Positions 18,233-27,514 of a stretch of DNA of 64,000 nucleotides are shown one piece after another. This DNA comes from a bacterium (GTDB lineage Bacteria > Zhuqueibacterota > QNDG01 > DSAB01): positions 40,377 through 104,376 of the forward strand of contig JAFGDT010000110.1 in assembly GCA_016931965.1 (NCBI GenBank), in the 5' to 3' direction. Position 1 is the stretch's first letter. Every line of letters begins with the position of its first letter. The notes under the pieces were generated by a model. It was given only the letters and a program-made list of their open reading frames with translations. It had not been told where the DNA came from and ran no database searches. The translations under genes and the position numbers were made by a program.

Positions 18233-18750
18233 TTTACAAGGGGTAGAGAGGAAAGGAGGTTTCGTTATCTGATCGGTTCAAATGCAATGAGCATGCCAGA
18301 ACAATATTAAGTCTCTTATGTAACAGTTTAATAAGAAGATGGCGATATTTACTTGGTTTTACATTTACAGCGAGATGAATTTCAATTTGTGAACAAATCT
18401 TCATGATTCTTTTCAAATTGAAACAAATGTTACAGAAATGACTTATTTGTCATTGATTCACTTTTGCGTTTTTTATCTTATCGTTTATTGATGTGAGAAG
18501 GACGCGTTCAAATATTTGAAATAATTGCGTAACTGATTATAAAAAACATGCCTTAGATTATCATTCCATTTCAGACGGATAATGATATTGACAAAATGTT
18601 AATATTTGCTTAACTTTAAGAACATTTTTTCAGGTTTGTCGCTTTATTTCGACTGCATTCTGTAAAAGAACCACTGTGTTTGAAAAATGTATTGTGACCA
18701 ACTTTGTGAGAGATCTTCTGTAAAAAACAGGTTGATCTTTGGAGATTTAT

Positions 18751-21489
18751 ATGACCGGTAAACAGCTGGATAAAGTTTATGAACCGAAAGCGGTTGAAGG
18801 GAAATGGTACCGGTACTGGCTGGATCATGAATTGTTTCATGCCGATGCGGGCAGCCCAAAAAAAAAGTATACCATCATGATTCCCCCGCCCAATGTGACA
18901 GGCATGTTGACGATGGGCCATATTCTGAACAATACGATTCAGGATCTACTCGTTCGATGGAAACGCATGGAAGGTTATGAAGCTTTGTGGCTGCCGGGAA
19001 CGGATCATGCCGGAATCGCGACGCAAAACAAGGTTGAAAGCGCACTGAGAGAAGAAGGGATCACCCGCCATGATTTGGGTCGTGAAAAGTTAATTGAAAA
19101 AGTGTGGGAGTGGAAAGAGAGATACGGCGGGATCATCTTAAAGCAATTGAGGAAATTAGGCGCTTCCTGTGACTGGAAACGGGAACGCTTCACCATGGAC
19201 GAGGGGTTAAGCCGGGCAGTGAAAGAGGTCTTTATTCGATTATACGAAAAGGATCTCATATACAAAGGGCGCAGACTGATAAACTGGTGTCCGCGGTGTC
19301 ATACCGCACTTGCCAATGAGGAAGCGCCCAATATCGATATCCAGGGAAAATTCTGGCATATCGCTTATCCCATTCACAATAGCAAAGAGATGATCGTGGT
19401 CTCCACGACACGTCCTGAAACCATGTTGGGCGATACGGCTGTTGCTGTTCATCCCGAAGACGAACGGTATCAAAGGTGGATCGGAAAGCATGTCATGCTT
19501 CCCCTGATGAACCGACCGATTCCGATCATCGCGGACGCACATGCCGATCCCGAGAAGGGAAGCGGTGCAGTCAAAATCACACCGGCCCATGATTTTAACG
19601 ATTTTGAAGTCGGACAAAGACATCAATTGGAACAGATCTCCGTGATCGATGAGAACGGGAAGATGAACGAACAGGCGGGACCTTATCAGGGTATGGACCG
19701 CTTTCAGGCAAGAAAACAGATTTTAAAGGACTTGAAGGAATTGGATCTCCTGAAGGGGGAGGAACCCCACCAGGTACCGATTCCGCACTGTTACCGGTGC
19801 AAAACGATCATCGAACCGATGCTCTCTGAACAGTGGTTTGTCAAAATGAAACCGCTTGCCGATCCGGCCATTCGAGCGGTGAAGGAGGGAAAAATTAGGT
19901 TCTATCCCAAGCAGTGGGAAGAGACCTATTTCTACTGGATGGAAAATATCCGGGATTGGTGCATTAGCCGGCAGATATGGTGGGGTCACCGCATTCCTGT
20001 ATGGACCTGCATAAACGGGCATCGGTTTACGGCACGGGAAGATCCTGATTCCTGTCCGAAATGCGGGAACACCCAATTGCAGCAGGACCCGGATGTGCTC
20101 GATACCTGGTTCTCTTCCTGGCTGTGGCCCTTCAGCACACTGGGATGGCCTGTAGAAACAGAGGATCTAAAAAGTTTTTTCCCGACAGACACAATGGTCA
20201 CCGGTCCTGACATTATCTTTTTCTGGGTGGCGCGGATGATCATGGCCTCCCTTGAATTTATGGGAGAGGTGCCTTTTCATGATGTCTATTTTAATGGCAT
20301 GATCCGTGACCTTTCCGGGAAAACGATGTCCAAATCACTGGGCAATTCACCCGATCCCCTGTGGCTGATCGACGGAGCCAGTCGGGAAACAGTGAAGGAT
20401 TTTGCATTGAAAAATCCTTCGTACAAAGAGGGTGTCCCCCCATACGGAGCCGATGCGATTCGACTGACGATGGTTTATCTTACCCCTCTTGGGGGAGATA
20501 TCCATTTCGACCATACGCTGGTCGAATTCGGGCAAAAATTTTGTAATAAACTCTGGAATGCTTCCCGTCTTGTTCATGCAAATCTCGACGAAAATAAAGA
20601 CTGTCTTCGCCTCGATCAAATATCCGCTCAGAAACTCGAGCTTTCGGATCGCTGGATACTCAGTCGTCTACAGCATGCCATTGGTGATATTCGTCAGGGA
20701 TTCCGACATTTTCGGTTTAATGATTCTGCTAAAAGTCTATACAGTTTTGTCTGGAGTGAATTTTGTGACTGGTATCTCGAACTGGTCAAAATCCGGCTGT
20801 ATGAAAAGAAAGATGCACAGGCAAAAATCACAGCGCAATCGGTTGTTCTCTTTGTATTGGAACAGATTTTAAAACTGGCCCATCCATTCATCCCCTTTAT
20901 CACGGAAGAGATCTGGCAGGCTTTGCCCTTTCTTAGGTCCCCTGCAGAATCAGTGCAGTCCATCATGAAGCAGACCTATCCTCAAGTACATCGAGAATGG
21001 ATCGATAAAGCCGCTGAAAAGGAGATGGACTTCATACAGAAAACGATCAGCTGTATCAGAAACATTCGAAGTGAAATGAATATCCCCCCAGACAAAAAAG
21101 CGCATGTGATGGTGAATGGCCCCAAAGAGAAGGTGCAGAGCATAAAAAGGGTTTCCGTCTATTTTGAAAAGTTGGCTGGTGTTCAGTCCATTGAATTCAA
21201 CAAACAGGTTGAAAAACCAAACGAAACGGCCTGCGGCATTGTAGAAGATGTGGAAGTGTTCATTCCCCTTGCAGGATTGATCGATCTCGATGTTGAGAGA
21301 GATCGGATCGGGAAGGAAGTCAAACGGATGGAAAAGATCCTCAATGATCTCAATCTCAAGTTAAGCAATCACCAATTTTTAAAAAAGGCCCCTGCACACA
21401 TTGTCGAGAAAGAGCAGCAAAAACAGACGGATTTTGGTGAAAAGCTGAAAAAATTAAAGAAAAATTTTGAGATGTTAGGAAAAGCATAA
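18751..21489 (+). CDS. valS: valyl-tRNA synthetase
   Basis: It has PPPNVTGMLTMGH (the HIGH-type motif), KMSKSLGN and a C-terminal coiled coil. ATG 18751 is preceded by GGAG. Confidence 0.95.
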   Translation: MTGKQLDKVYEPKAVEGKWYRYWLDHELFHADAGSPKKKYTIMIPPPNVTGMLTMGHILNNTIQDLLVRWKRMEGYEALWLPGTDHAGIATQNKVESALREEGITRHDLGREKLIEKVWEWKERYGGIILKQLRKLGASCDWKRERFTMDEGLSRAVKEVFIRLYEKDLIYKGRRLINWCPRCHTALANEEAPNIDIQGKFWHIAYPIHNSKEMIVVSTTRPETMLGDTAVAVHPEDERYQRWIGKHVMLPLMNRPIPIIADAHADPEKGSGAVKITPAHDFNDFEVGQRHQLEQISVIDENGKMNEQAGPYQGMDRFQARKQILKDLKELDLLKGEEPHQVPIPHCYRCKTIIEPMLSEQWFVKMKPLADPAIRAVKEGKIRFYPKQWEETYFYWMENIRDWCISRQIWWGHRIPVWTCINGHRFTAREDPDSCPKCGNTQLQQDPDVLDTWFSSWLWPFSTLGWPVETEDLKSFFPTDTMVTGPDIIFFWVARMIMASLEFMGEVPFHDVYFNGMIRDLSGKTMSKSLGNSPDPLWLIDGASRETVKDFALKNPSYKEGVPPYGADAIRLTMVYLTPLGGDIHFDHTLVEFGQKFCNKLWNASRLVHANLDENKDCLRLDQISAQKLELSDRWILSRLQHAIGDIRQGFRHFRFNDSAKSLYSFVWSEFCDWYLELVKIRLYEKKDAQAKITAQSVVLFVLEQILKLAHPFIPFITEEIWQALPFLRSPAESVQSIMKQTYPQVHREWIDKAAEKEMDFIQKTISCIRNIRSEMNIPPDKKAHVMVNGPKEKVQSIKRVSVYFEKLAGVQSIEFNKQVEKPNETACGIVEDVEVFIPLAGLIDLDVERDRIGKEVKRMEKILNDLNLKLSNHQFLKKAPAHIVEKEQQKQTDFGEKLKKLKKNFEMLGKA

Positions 21490-21505
21490 CATAAAGAGGT
21501 TTGTC

Positions 21506-22858
21506 ATGATAAGAAGATTGTTTTTCATTATTATGGGTATACTCATCTGTTCTGGCCATCTGCCGGCGCAAGATGTTGCCCTTACAGTTTATAATCAAAA
21601 CAGGGCCCTGGTCAGGGAAATCAGAAAACTCTCTATCGAATCAGGAATTTCAACAATATCTTTTACTGATGTAGCTGCCTTAATCGATCCAACCTCTGTT
21701 CATTTTCAGTCTCTGACGGATCCTGATAAATTGACCATATTGGAGCAGAATTTTGAGTACGATCTGGTCAGTTCGAGTAAGATACTGGAAAAGTATATCG
21801 ATGAATCGATACGGATTGTCACCAGCGAAGGAGAAGTCTTTAGCGGAAATCTTCTCAGCGCTGCGGGATCCGATGTGGTCATTCAAGACCAGGGGGGCTC
21901 CATCAAGGTCATCGGCAGATCAGGTATTCAGCATTTCGATTTTCTTGAACTTCCGGAAGGGCTGATCACACGGCCCACACTGGTCTGGATGGTTGAGAAT
22001 CAGGGCAAAAAAGAGCAGGACGGTGAAATCAGTTATTTAACAGGCGGTGTCAACTGGCATGCGGAATATGTCGCCGTCTCGGATGCAGATGATCAAAATT
22101 TAAATATCAGCGGTTGGGTATCCGTCGAAAACCGTTCGGGCACAGCTTATCAAAATGCCAAACTCAAACTGGTTGCAGGAGATGTCAATGTGGTTCAGGA
22201 ATATCGTCAGACCGGAGAAGTCATGATGGAGACCACGGCACTGGCCAGGGTGGCTCCCCAGTTTGAAGAGAGCGAACTCTTCGAGTATCATCTCTATACG
22301 CTTCAACGCAGAACGACGCTGAAAAATAACCAGATCAAACAGGTCTCACTTTTCTCGCCGGCTCAAACGAAAACGAAAAAGTTATTCATATACGATGGCG
22401 CCAGATACGATCAAAAAGTTCGTGTGCATCTCGAATTTCAGAACAGCCAGCGGGATGGACTGGGACTGCCGCTTCCCAAAGGAAAGATACGGGTCTACAA
22501 AGAAGATCAGGATGGCGCTCTGGAATTTATCGGTGAAGATCAAATCGATCACACGCCGGTTGATGAAAAAATCCGGATTTTTTTAGGGAATGCCTTTGAT
22601 CTTGTGGGCGAGAGGGTCGTTAAGTCTTCGAGAAGCATCAGCAACCGTTCGCGTGAGGAGGAGATCGAAATCGTCCTGAGAAATCATAAAGAAGAAGATG
22701 TCGAAATTGTCGTGGTTGAACATTTCTACGGCGACTGGAACATTGAAGAGAGTTCCGATCCCTTTTCACAAAAAGATGCCTATACATCGGAATTTGTCAT
22801 GCCTGTTCCTTCGCAAGGAGAAAGGACGCTCACCTATAAGGTCGTTATCCGTTGGTAA
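21506..22858 (+). CDS. DUF4139-domain protein (MuiA-like), secreted
   Basis: A signal peptide is followed by DVALTVYNQNRALVRE, typical of the DUF4140/DUF4139 family. Confidence 0.6.
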   Translation: MIRRLFFIIMGILICSGHLPAQDVALTVYNQNRALVREIRKLSIESGISTISFTDVAALIDPTSVHFQSLTDPDKLTILEQNFEYDLVSSSKILEKYIDESIRIVTSEGEVFSGNLLSAAGSDVVIQDQGGSIKVIGRSGIQHFDFLELPEGLITRPTLVWMVENQGKKEQDGEISYLTGGVNWHAEYVAVSDADDQNLNISGWVSVENRSGTAYQNAKLKLVAGDVNVVQEYRQTGEVMMETTALARVAPQFEESELFEYHLYTLQRRTTLKNNQIKQVSLFSPAQTKTKKLFIYDGARYDQKVRVHLEFQNSQRDGLGLPLPKGKIRVYKEDQDGALEFIGEDQIDHTPVDEKIRIFLGNAFDLVGERVVKSSRSISNRSREEEIEIVLRNHKEEDVEIVVVEHFYGDWNIEESSDPFSQKDAYTSEFVMPVPSQGERTLTYKVVIRW

Positions 22859-22898
22859 AAGTCCATATGTTTTTATAGGTCGGTATCTTTTTGAATGT

Positions 22899-25007
22899 AT
22901 GAACATGCCTTCTCACAACCAGTTGAAAATGGAAACGCCCGTACAATTTGTGAAGGGTATCGGCCCCAAGCGTGCAACCCTTCTTAAACGCGTCTTCATC
23001 GAAACGGTTGAGGATCTTCTCACCTATTTTCCCCGTCGTTATCTTGATCGCAGTCAGTTGACCCAAATTCGTCACTTGAAAGCAGGTGAAGAGGTGACTG
23101 TCATGGGGAAGGTGCTTTCCTGCGAAACGGTCAGAGGAAGGGTCAGTCGCTATATGCTTTTATTGGGTGACGGAACGGGAATTCTTCAGTGTGTATGGTT
23201 CCGCGGCGTTCACTATATTTCAAAAGTTTTTCAAATAGGGGATAGAGTTGCTTTCAATGGAAAAATCACCTACTACCATGGACCCCAGCTTGTGCATCCT
23301 GAATATGATAAAATCTCGGAAGAAGGAGAATCGGATCCCGTGCATACAGGGAGAATCATCCCCATGTATCCTTCAACCGAGGCCCTGTCCCGAAGCGGCT
23401 TGGACAGTCGCGGATTCAGACGGATTCTTCGGGGTGTGCTGGACAGCATGACGGAATCGATCCCTGAGACCCTGTCTCAGGAAATCATTCGCAATCAAAA
23501 ACTGGTCTCCCTTTCATATGCTCTGGCCAATATTCATTTTCCTCAAAGCTGGAAGGGTCTCAGGCAGGCCCAACACAGATTAAAATTTGAAGAATTGTTT
23601 TTCCTTCAGCTTTTTTTAGCGCTTCAGAGAAAAACGAATCAAGTAGAAAAAAAAGGGATTGTTTTTCAAATAGTGGGTGAGCAGACCAAACAGCTGGTTG
23701 ATCGTCTTCCTTTTGAATTGACCCAGGCCCAAAAACGCGTTCTGCATGAAATTCGCCGGGACATGAAAAAGGAGCAGTCGATGAACCGTTTGCTACAGGG
23801 CGATGTAGGATCCGGGAAAACCATTGTTGCCCTGGTAGCGATGTTGATAGCCGTTGAAAATGGTTTCCAGGCCGCGCTGATGGCGCCGACAGAAATTCTT
23901 GCGGAACAGCACTACATCAATGTGCATGGCTGGCTGGAAGATTTGGGTGTTCAAGTGGCTTTGCTCAAAGGAGGACAAAGGGAATCCGAAAGACGAGAAA
24001 TTTTAAGAAAAATGTCCGAAGGCGAAATCAATATTGTTGTGGGGACACATGCTCTTGTTCAGGAGAGTGTCTGCTTCAAACAGTTGGGCTTTGTTGTGAT
24101 TGATGAACAGCATCGTTTCGGTGTCATGCAGAGAGCTGTCCTTCGGCAAAAAGGGTATCATCCCGATGTTCTGGTGATGACGGCCACACCGATTCCACGA
24201 ACATTGACCTTAACCCTCTATGGCGATTTGGACATTTCCATTATCGATGAGATGCCCGCGGGAAGAAAACCCATTCGCACTTTCTGGCGGAAAGAAGACA
24301 AACGAGATGAAATTTACACCTTTATACGGCGTGAAATCGGGAAAGGACGACAGGCTTATGTTGTCTATCCTCTGGTGGAGGAATCGGAGAAAGTGGATCT
24401 GGCCGATGCAACCGCTGGATATGAAATGTTGTCCAAGCAGATTTTTCCTGAATATAAGCTGGCGCTGATACACGGTCGTATGAAGGCTGAAGAAAAAGAG
24501 AAAATCATGGGCGATTTCACATCCGGGGGGATCCATATTCTCGTCAGTACAACCGTTATTGAAGTGGGTGTGGATGTGCCGAATGCGACTGTTATGCTGA
24601 TTGAGCATGCCGAACGTTTTGGATTGAGTCAGCTCCATCAATTGCGCGGACGGGTGGGTCGGGGTGAAGACCAGGCCACCTGCATTCTTCTTTCCCAGTA
24701 TCAACTCTCCGATGATGCTGTGAAAAGATTGAAAACCATGGTTGAAACCACGGATGGATTTCGAATCGCGGAAGTCGATCTGCAGTTGAGGGGGCCCGGA
24801 GAGATCTGTGGAACGAGGCAGCACGGTATACTGGACTTTAAAATAGCCAACCTGATAACGGATGAATCTATTTTAACCGCAGCGCGAAAGGAGACGTTTC
24901 AGTTGGTTGAAGCCGATTTTCATCTCGAACAGTTCGAGAATCAGCAGCTCAGGGACACTTATTTGAAACGATATCAGGAAAAAATGGGTTTAATGAAAGT
25001 GGGATAA
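22899..25007 (+). CDS. recG: ATP-dependent DNA helicase RecG
   Basis: It has an N-terminal wedge region (VKGIGPKRATLL), GDVGSGKT, and DEQHRFGV within helicase motifs. I took the start as ATG 22899 (MNMPSH...). Confidence 0.9.
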   Translation: MNMPSHNQLKMETPVQFVKGIGPKRATLLKRVFIETVEDLLTYFPRRYLDRSQLTQIRHLKAGEEVTVMGKVLSCETVRGRVSRYMLLLGDGTGILQCVWFRGVHYISKVFQIGDRVAFNGKITYYHGPQLVHPEYDKISEEGESDPVHTGRIIPMYPSTEALSRSGLDSRGFRRILRGVLDSMTESIPETLSQEIIRNQKLVSLSYALANIHFPQSWKGLRQAQHRLKFEELFFLQLFLALQRKTNQVEKKGIVFQIVGEQTKQLVDRLPFELTQAQKRVLHEIRRDMKKEQSMNRLLQGDVGSGKTIVALVAMLIAVENGFQAALMAPTEILAEQHYINVHGWLEDLGVQVALLKGGQRESERREILRKMSEGEINIVVGTHALVQESVCFKQLGFVVIDEQHRFGVMQRAVLRQKGYHPDVLVMTATPIPRTLTLTLYGDLDISIIDEMPAGRKPIRTFWRKEDKRDEIYTFIRREIGKGRQAYVVYPLVEESEKVDLADATAGYEMLSKQIFPEYKLALIHGRMKAEEKEKIMGDFTSGGIHILVSTTVIEVGVDVPNATVMLIEHAERFGLSQLHQLRGRVGRGEDQATCILLSQYQLSDDAVKRLKTMVETTDGFRIAEVDLQLRGPGEICGTRQHGILDFKIANLITDESILTAARKETFQLVEADFHLEQFENQQLRDTYLKRYQEKMGLMKVG

Positions 25008-25066
25008 GATAAAATGATTCATCAGAATTTTAGAAAAATTCAATAATAGATTTATAGGAGGTGGAG

Positions 25067-25510
25067 ATGTCCGAAAATAATCAAAAAAGCGAGGCCTTAT
25101 TTATGCAGCTGGTTCTGACATTTCAAATGGCTGCATGGCAGCAGATGGGAAAAATCAAGAATCCGTTAACCGATAAGGTGGAGAGAGATCTTTATCAGGC
25201 TCAATATTCAATCGATATACTGGAAATGCTGCGATCCAAAACAGCGGGTAATCTCAATGATAACGAAAAACAATTTTTGAATAAAATCCTCAGTGAACTT
25301 CAGTTGAATTATATCGATGAAATGAGCAAGGAGAAAAAAGAGCGGGAACAAAAGAAGGAAACCGTCAAAGAAGAGCAGGGTGCCGAAGTAAAAGAGGAAG
25401 AGAAAGAAACGGCAGTCAAGGAAAAAGATGAGAAGAATCAAGAAGAAAAACCCAAAAAATCACAGAAAACGGGCGGAGAAAAGAGCCGTCGGAAATCATC
25501 CAAGAAATAA
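25067..25510 (+). CDS. DUF1844-domain protein with a Lys/Glu-rich tail
   Basis: FMQLVLTFQMAAWQQMGKIKNPLTDKVERDLYQAQYSIDILEMLRSKTAGNLNDNEKQFLNKILSELQLNYID matches the DUF1844 core. Confidence 0.6.
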   Translation: MSENNQKSEALFMQLVLTFQMAAWQQMGKIKNPLTDKVERDLYQAQYSIDILEMLRSKTAGNLNDNEKQFLNKILSELQLNYIDEMSKEKKEREQKKETVKEEQGAEVKEEEKETAVKEKDEKNQEEKPKKSQKTGGEKSRRKSSKK

Positions 25511-25591
25511 TGATTTCGGTGAAGCGATTTATTTTGACTTGATTTGTTATTAATTAATAATTACTTTTTTAATTATCTAAAATGTAGTTCT

Positions 25592-26371
25592 ATGAATAGG
25601 GGCGACCAACAATCAAATCAAACCCACTGGGAACACTACTGGGAAAACAAAAAAGAGGTCGGTGAAATCTATTCAAATGGAGACAGACTGGTTGTTCAAA
25701 TTCTCCGATCAACCCAGGTCAAAAACAAGCGGATTTTAGAAGTGGGTGCGGGAACCGGGAGAGACGGTTTCCGATTGGCTGATGCAGGGGCTCGTGTTTT
25801 TTTTCTTGACTATGCCGATCGTTCTTTGGCATTCATAAAAAAACAGATCCAGGATAATGGGAAAAGCGCTTACCTGATCAGGGCGGATGCGCGGGCGCTG
25901 CCATTTCGATCCACCTGTTTTGATGTTGTGTTTCATCAAGGTCTACTCGAACACTTTCGGAATCCGGAGGTCTTGCTCCGAGAAAATCACCGTGTCCTCC
26001 AAAAAGACGGGATTTGTCTTGTCGATGTTCCACAGAAGTATCATATTTACACGGTGATCAAGCATGTATTGATGATTTTGCATGCGTGGTTTGCCGGTTG
26101 GGAAACGGAATTTTCGGTTCGGCGTCTGCGCCAACTTGTTCAGGATGCCGGATTCCGGATCGATGTATTCTATGGCGATTGGATGCGGCCCGGCCTGATC
26201 TATCGCATCGTCCGTGAACTGCTTTTACGTATCGGGATTCGGCTTCCCATGTATCCAAAGGGGTTTAAAATCAGTCAGTTGATCCGGACAAAGATACGGA
26301 TCCTGCTCAGTCGATATCCTCTGTTTTTGAACACATACTTGGATATCGGCGTGGTGGCGAAGAAATCATAA
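25592..26371 (+). CDS. class I SAM-dependent methyltransferase
   Basis: ILEVGAGTGRDG (motif I) and FDVVFHQGLLEHF (methyltransferase type 11-like). Confidence 0.8.
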   Translation: MNRGDQQSNQTHWEHYWENKKEVGEIYSNGDRLVVQILRSTQVKNKRILEVGAGTGRDGFRLADAGARVFFLDYADRSLAFIKKQIQDNGKSAYLIRADARALPFRSTCFDVVFHQGLLEHFRNPEVLLRENHRVLQKDGICLVDVPQKYHIYTVIKHVLMILHAWFAGWETEFSVRRLRQLVQDAGFRIDVFYGDWMRPGLIYRIVRELLLRIGIRLPMYPKGFKISQLIRTKIRILLSRYPLFLNTYLDIGVVAKKS

Positions 26372-26382
26372 GAAACGGAGCC

Positions 26383-27498
26383 ATGAAATACCGAATACTC
26401 TTAATCAACTGGCAGGATATTGCCAATCCGAAGGGAGGAGGGGCTGAAGTTCATGCACACCAAATCTTTAAACGGATTGCCGGAAAGGGACACGAAGTGA
26501 TTCAGTTCAGTTGCCTTTTCCCCAATGCTCCCAGAGAGGAGACCATCGATGGTATTCGGGTGATGCGTTGCGGCGGCCGAAAGGTGTTTAATTTCATGGT
26601 TCCTGCTGCCTATAAGAAGTTGAGCCGTCAAATGAAGCTTGACATTGTGATCGATGATATCAATAAAATACCCTTTTATACACCTCTTTTTGTCCGAGAG
26701 CCGCTTGTGGGGATTGTTCATCACCTTTTTGGCAAAAGCATCCTGCTGGAGACAAGCTGGATACAGGCGCACTATGTCCTGCTGGGTGAGCGACTCATTC
26801 CCCGGATCTATAAGCACAAAAGGCTTGTTGCCGTTTCCGAGAGTACGCGGAGGGAACTCAATCAGTGGGGAATCAGTAACAATAACATCGACATCGTCCT
26901 GAATGGTATTGATCCGCAACAGTATTATATTCTGCCTGGCATGAAAGATCCAAATCCGCTCATTGGATACTATGGTCGGCTGAAAAAATATAAATGCATT
27001 GATCATCTCATTCGTGCACTGGGTTTGGTTGTGCGACAGATCCCGAATGCACGTCTATTGATTGTAGGCATGGGAGATTATCAGAAAGAATTGGAAAGGT
27101 TGGTTGGAAAATTAAATCTGAATCCGTATGTCCGGTTTGTCAGTACAACACACCCACATGAAAGTGTCAAGTATCTCAATCAAATGTGGGTTGTTGCAAA
27201 TCCTTCTCCCAAGGAGGGATGGGGACTTACCGTCATCGAAGCCAATGCCTGCGGCACACCTGTTGTCGCCGCAGACTCTCAGGGGTTGCGTGATTCTGTC
27301 ATTGACGGTGAAACCGGTTTTTTGTATCCCTGGGGTGATATCGATCGGTTGGCGGATCGTATTGTTCAGATCATTTCGAACAAAAAGCTCCGTCAGAAAC
27401 TTGAGCGGGGAGCAGAAAACTGGGCAAAAAAATTCAGTTGGGATGAATCAGCATCAGAAATGATGAGCATTATTGAGCATGTTGTCAATGGTTCATGA
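26383..27498 (+). CDS. glycosyltransferase family 4 (GT-B)
   Basis: The GGAEVHAHQI N-terminal domain and EGWGLTVIEANACGTPVVAADSQGLRDSV (the EX7E region) are typical of GT4. Confidence 0.85.
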   Translation: MKYRILLINWQDIANPKGGGAEVHAHQIFKRIAGKGHEVIQFSCLFPNAPREETIDGIRVMRCGGRKVFNFMVPAAYKKLSRQMKLDIVIDDINKIPFYTPLFVREPLVGIVHHLFGKSILLETSWIQAHYVLLGERLIPRIYKHKRLVAVSESTRRELNQWGISNNNIDIVLNGIDPQQYYILPGMKDPNPLIGYYGRLKKYKCIDHLIRALGLVVRQIPNARLLIVGMGDYQKELERLVGKLNLNPYVRFVSTTHPHESVKYLNQMWVVANPSPKEGWGLTVIEANACGTPVVAADSQGLRDSVIDGETGFLYPWGDIDRLADRIVQIISNKKLRQKLERGAENWAKKFSWDESASEMMSIIEHVVNGS

Positions 27499-27514
27499 AT
27501 GGGAGGGTTCCTAT

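Noticed and set aside
18123-18750. T-box riboswitch leader for valS
   Set aside because: I found no T-box consensus (AATTAGGGTGGNACCGCG), no specifier-loop or antiterminator pairing, and the organism does not look Firmicute-like.
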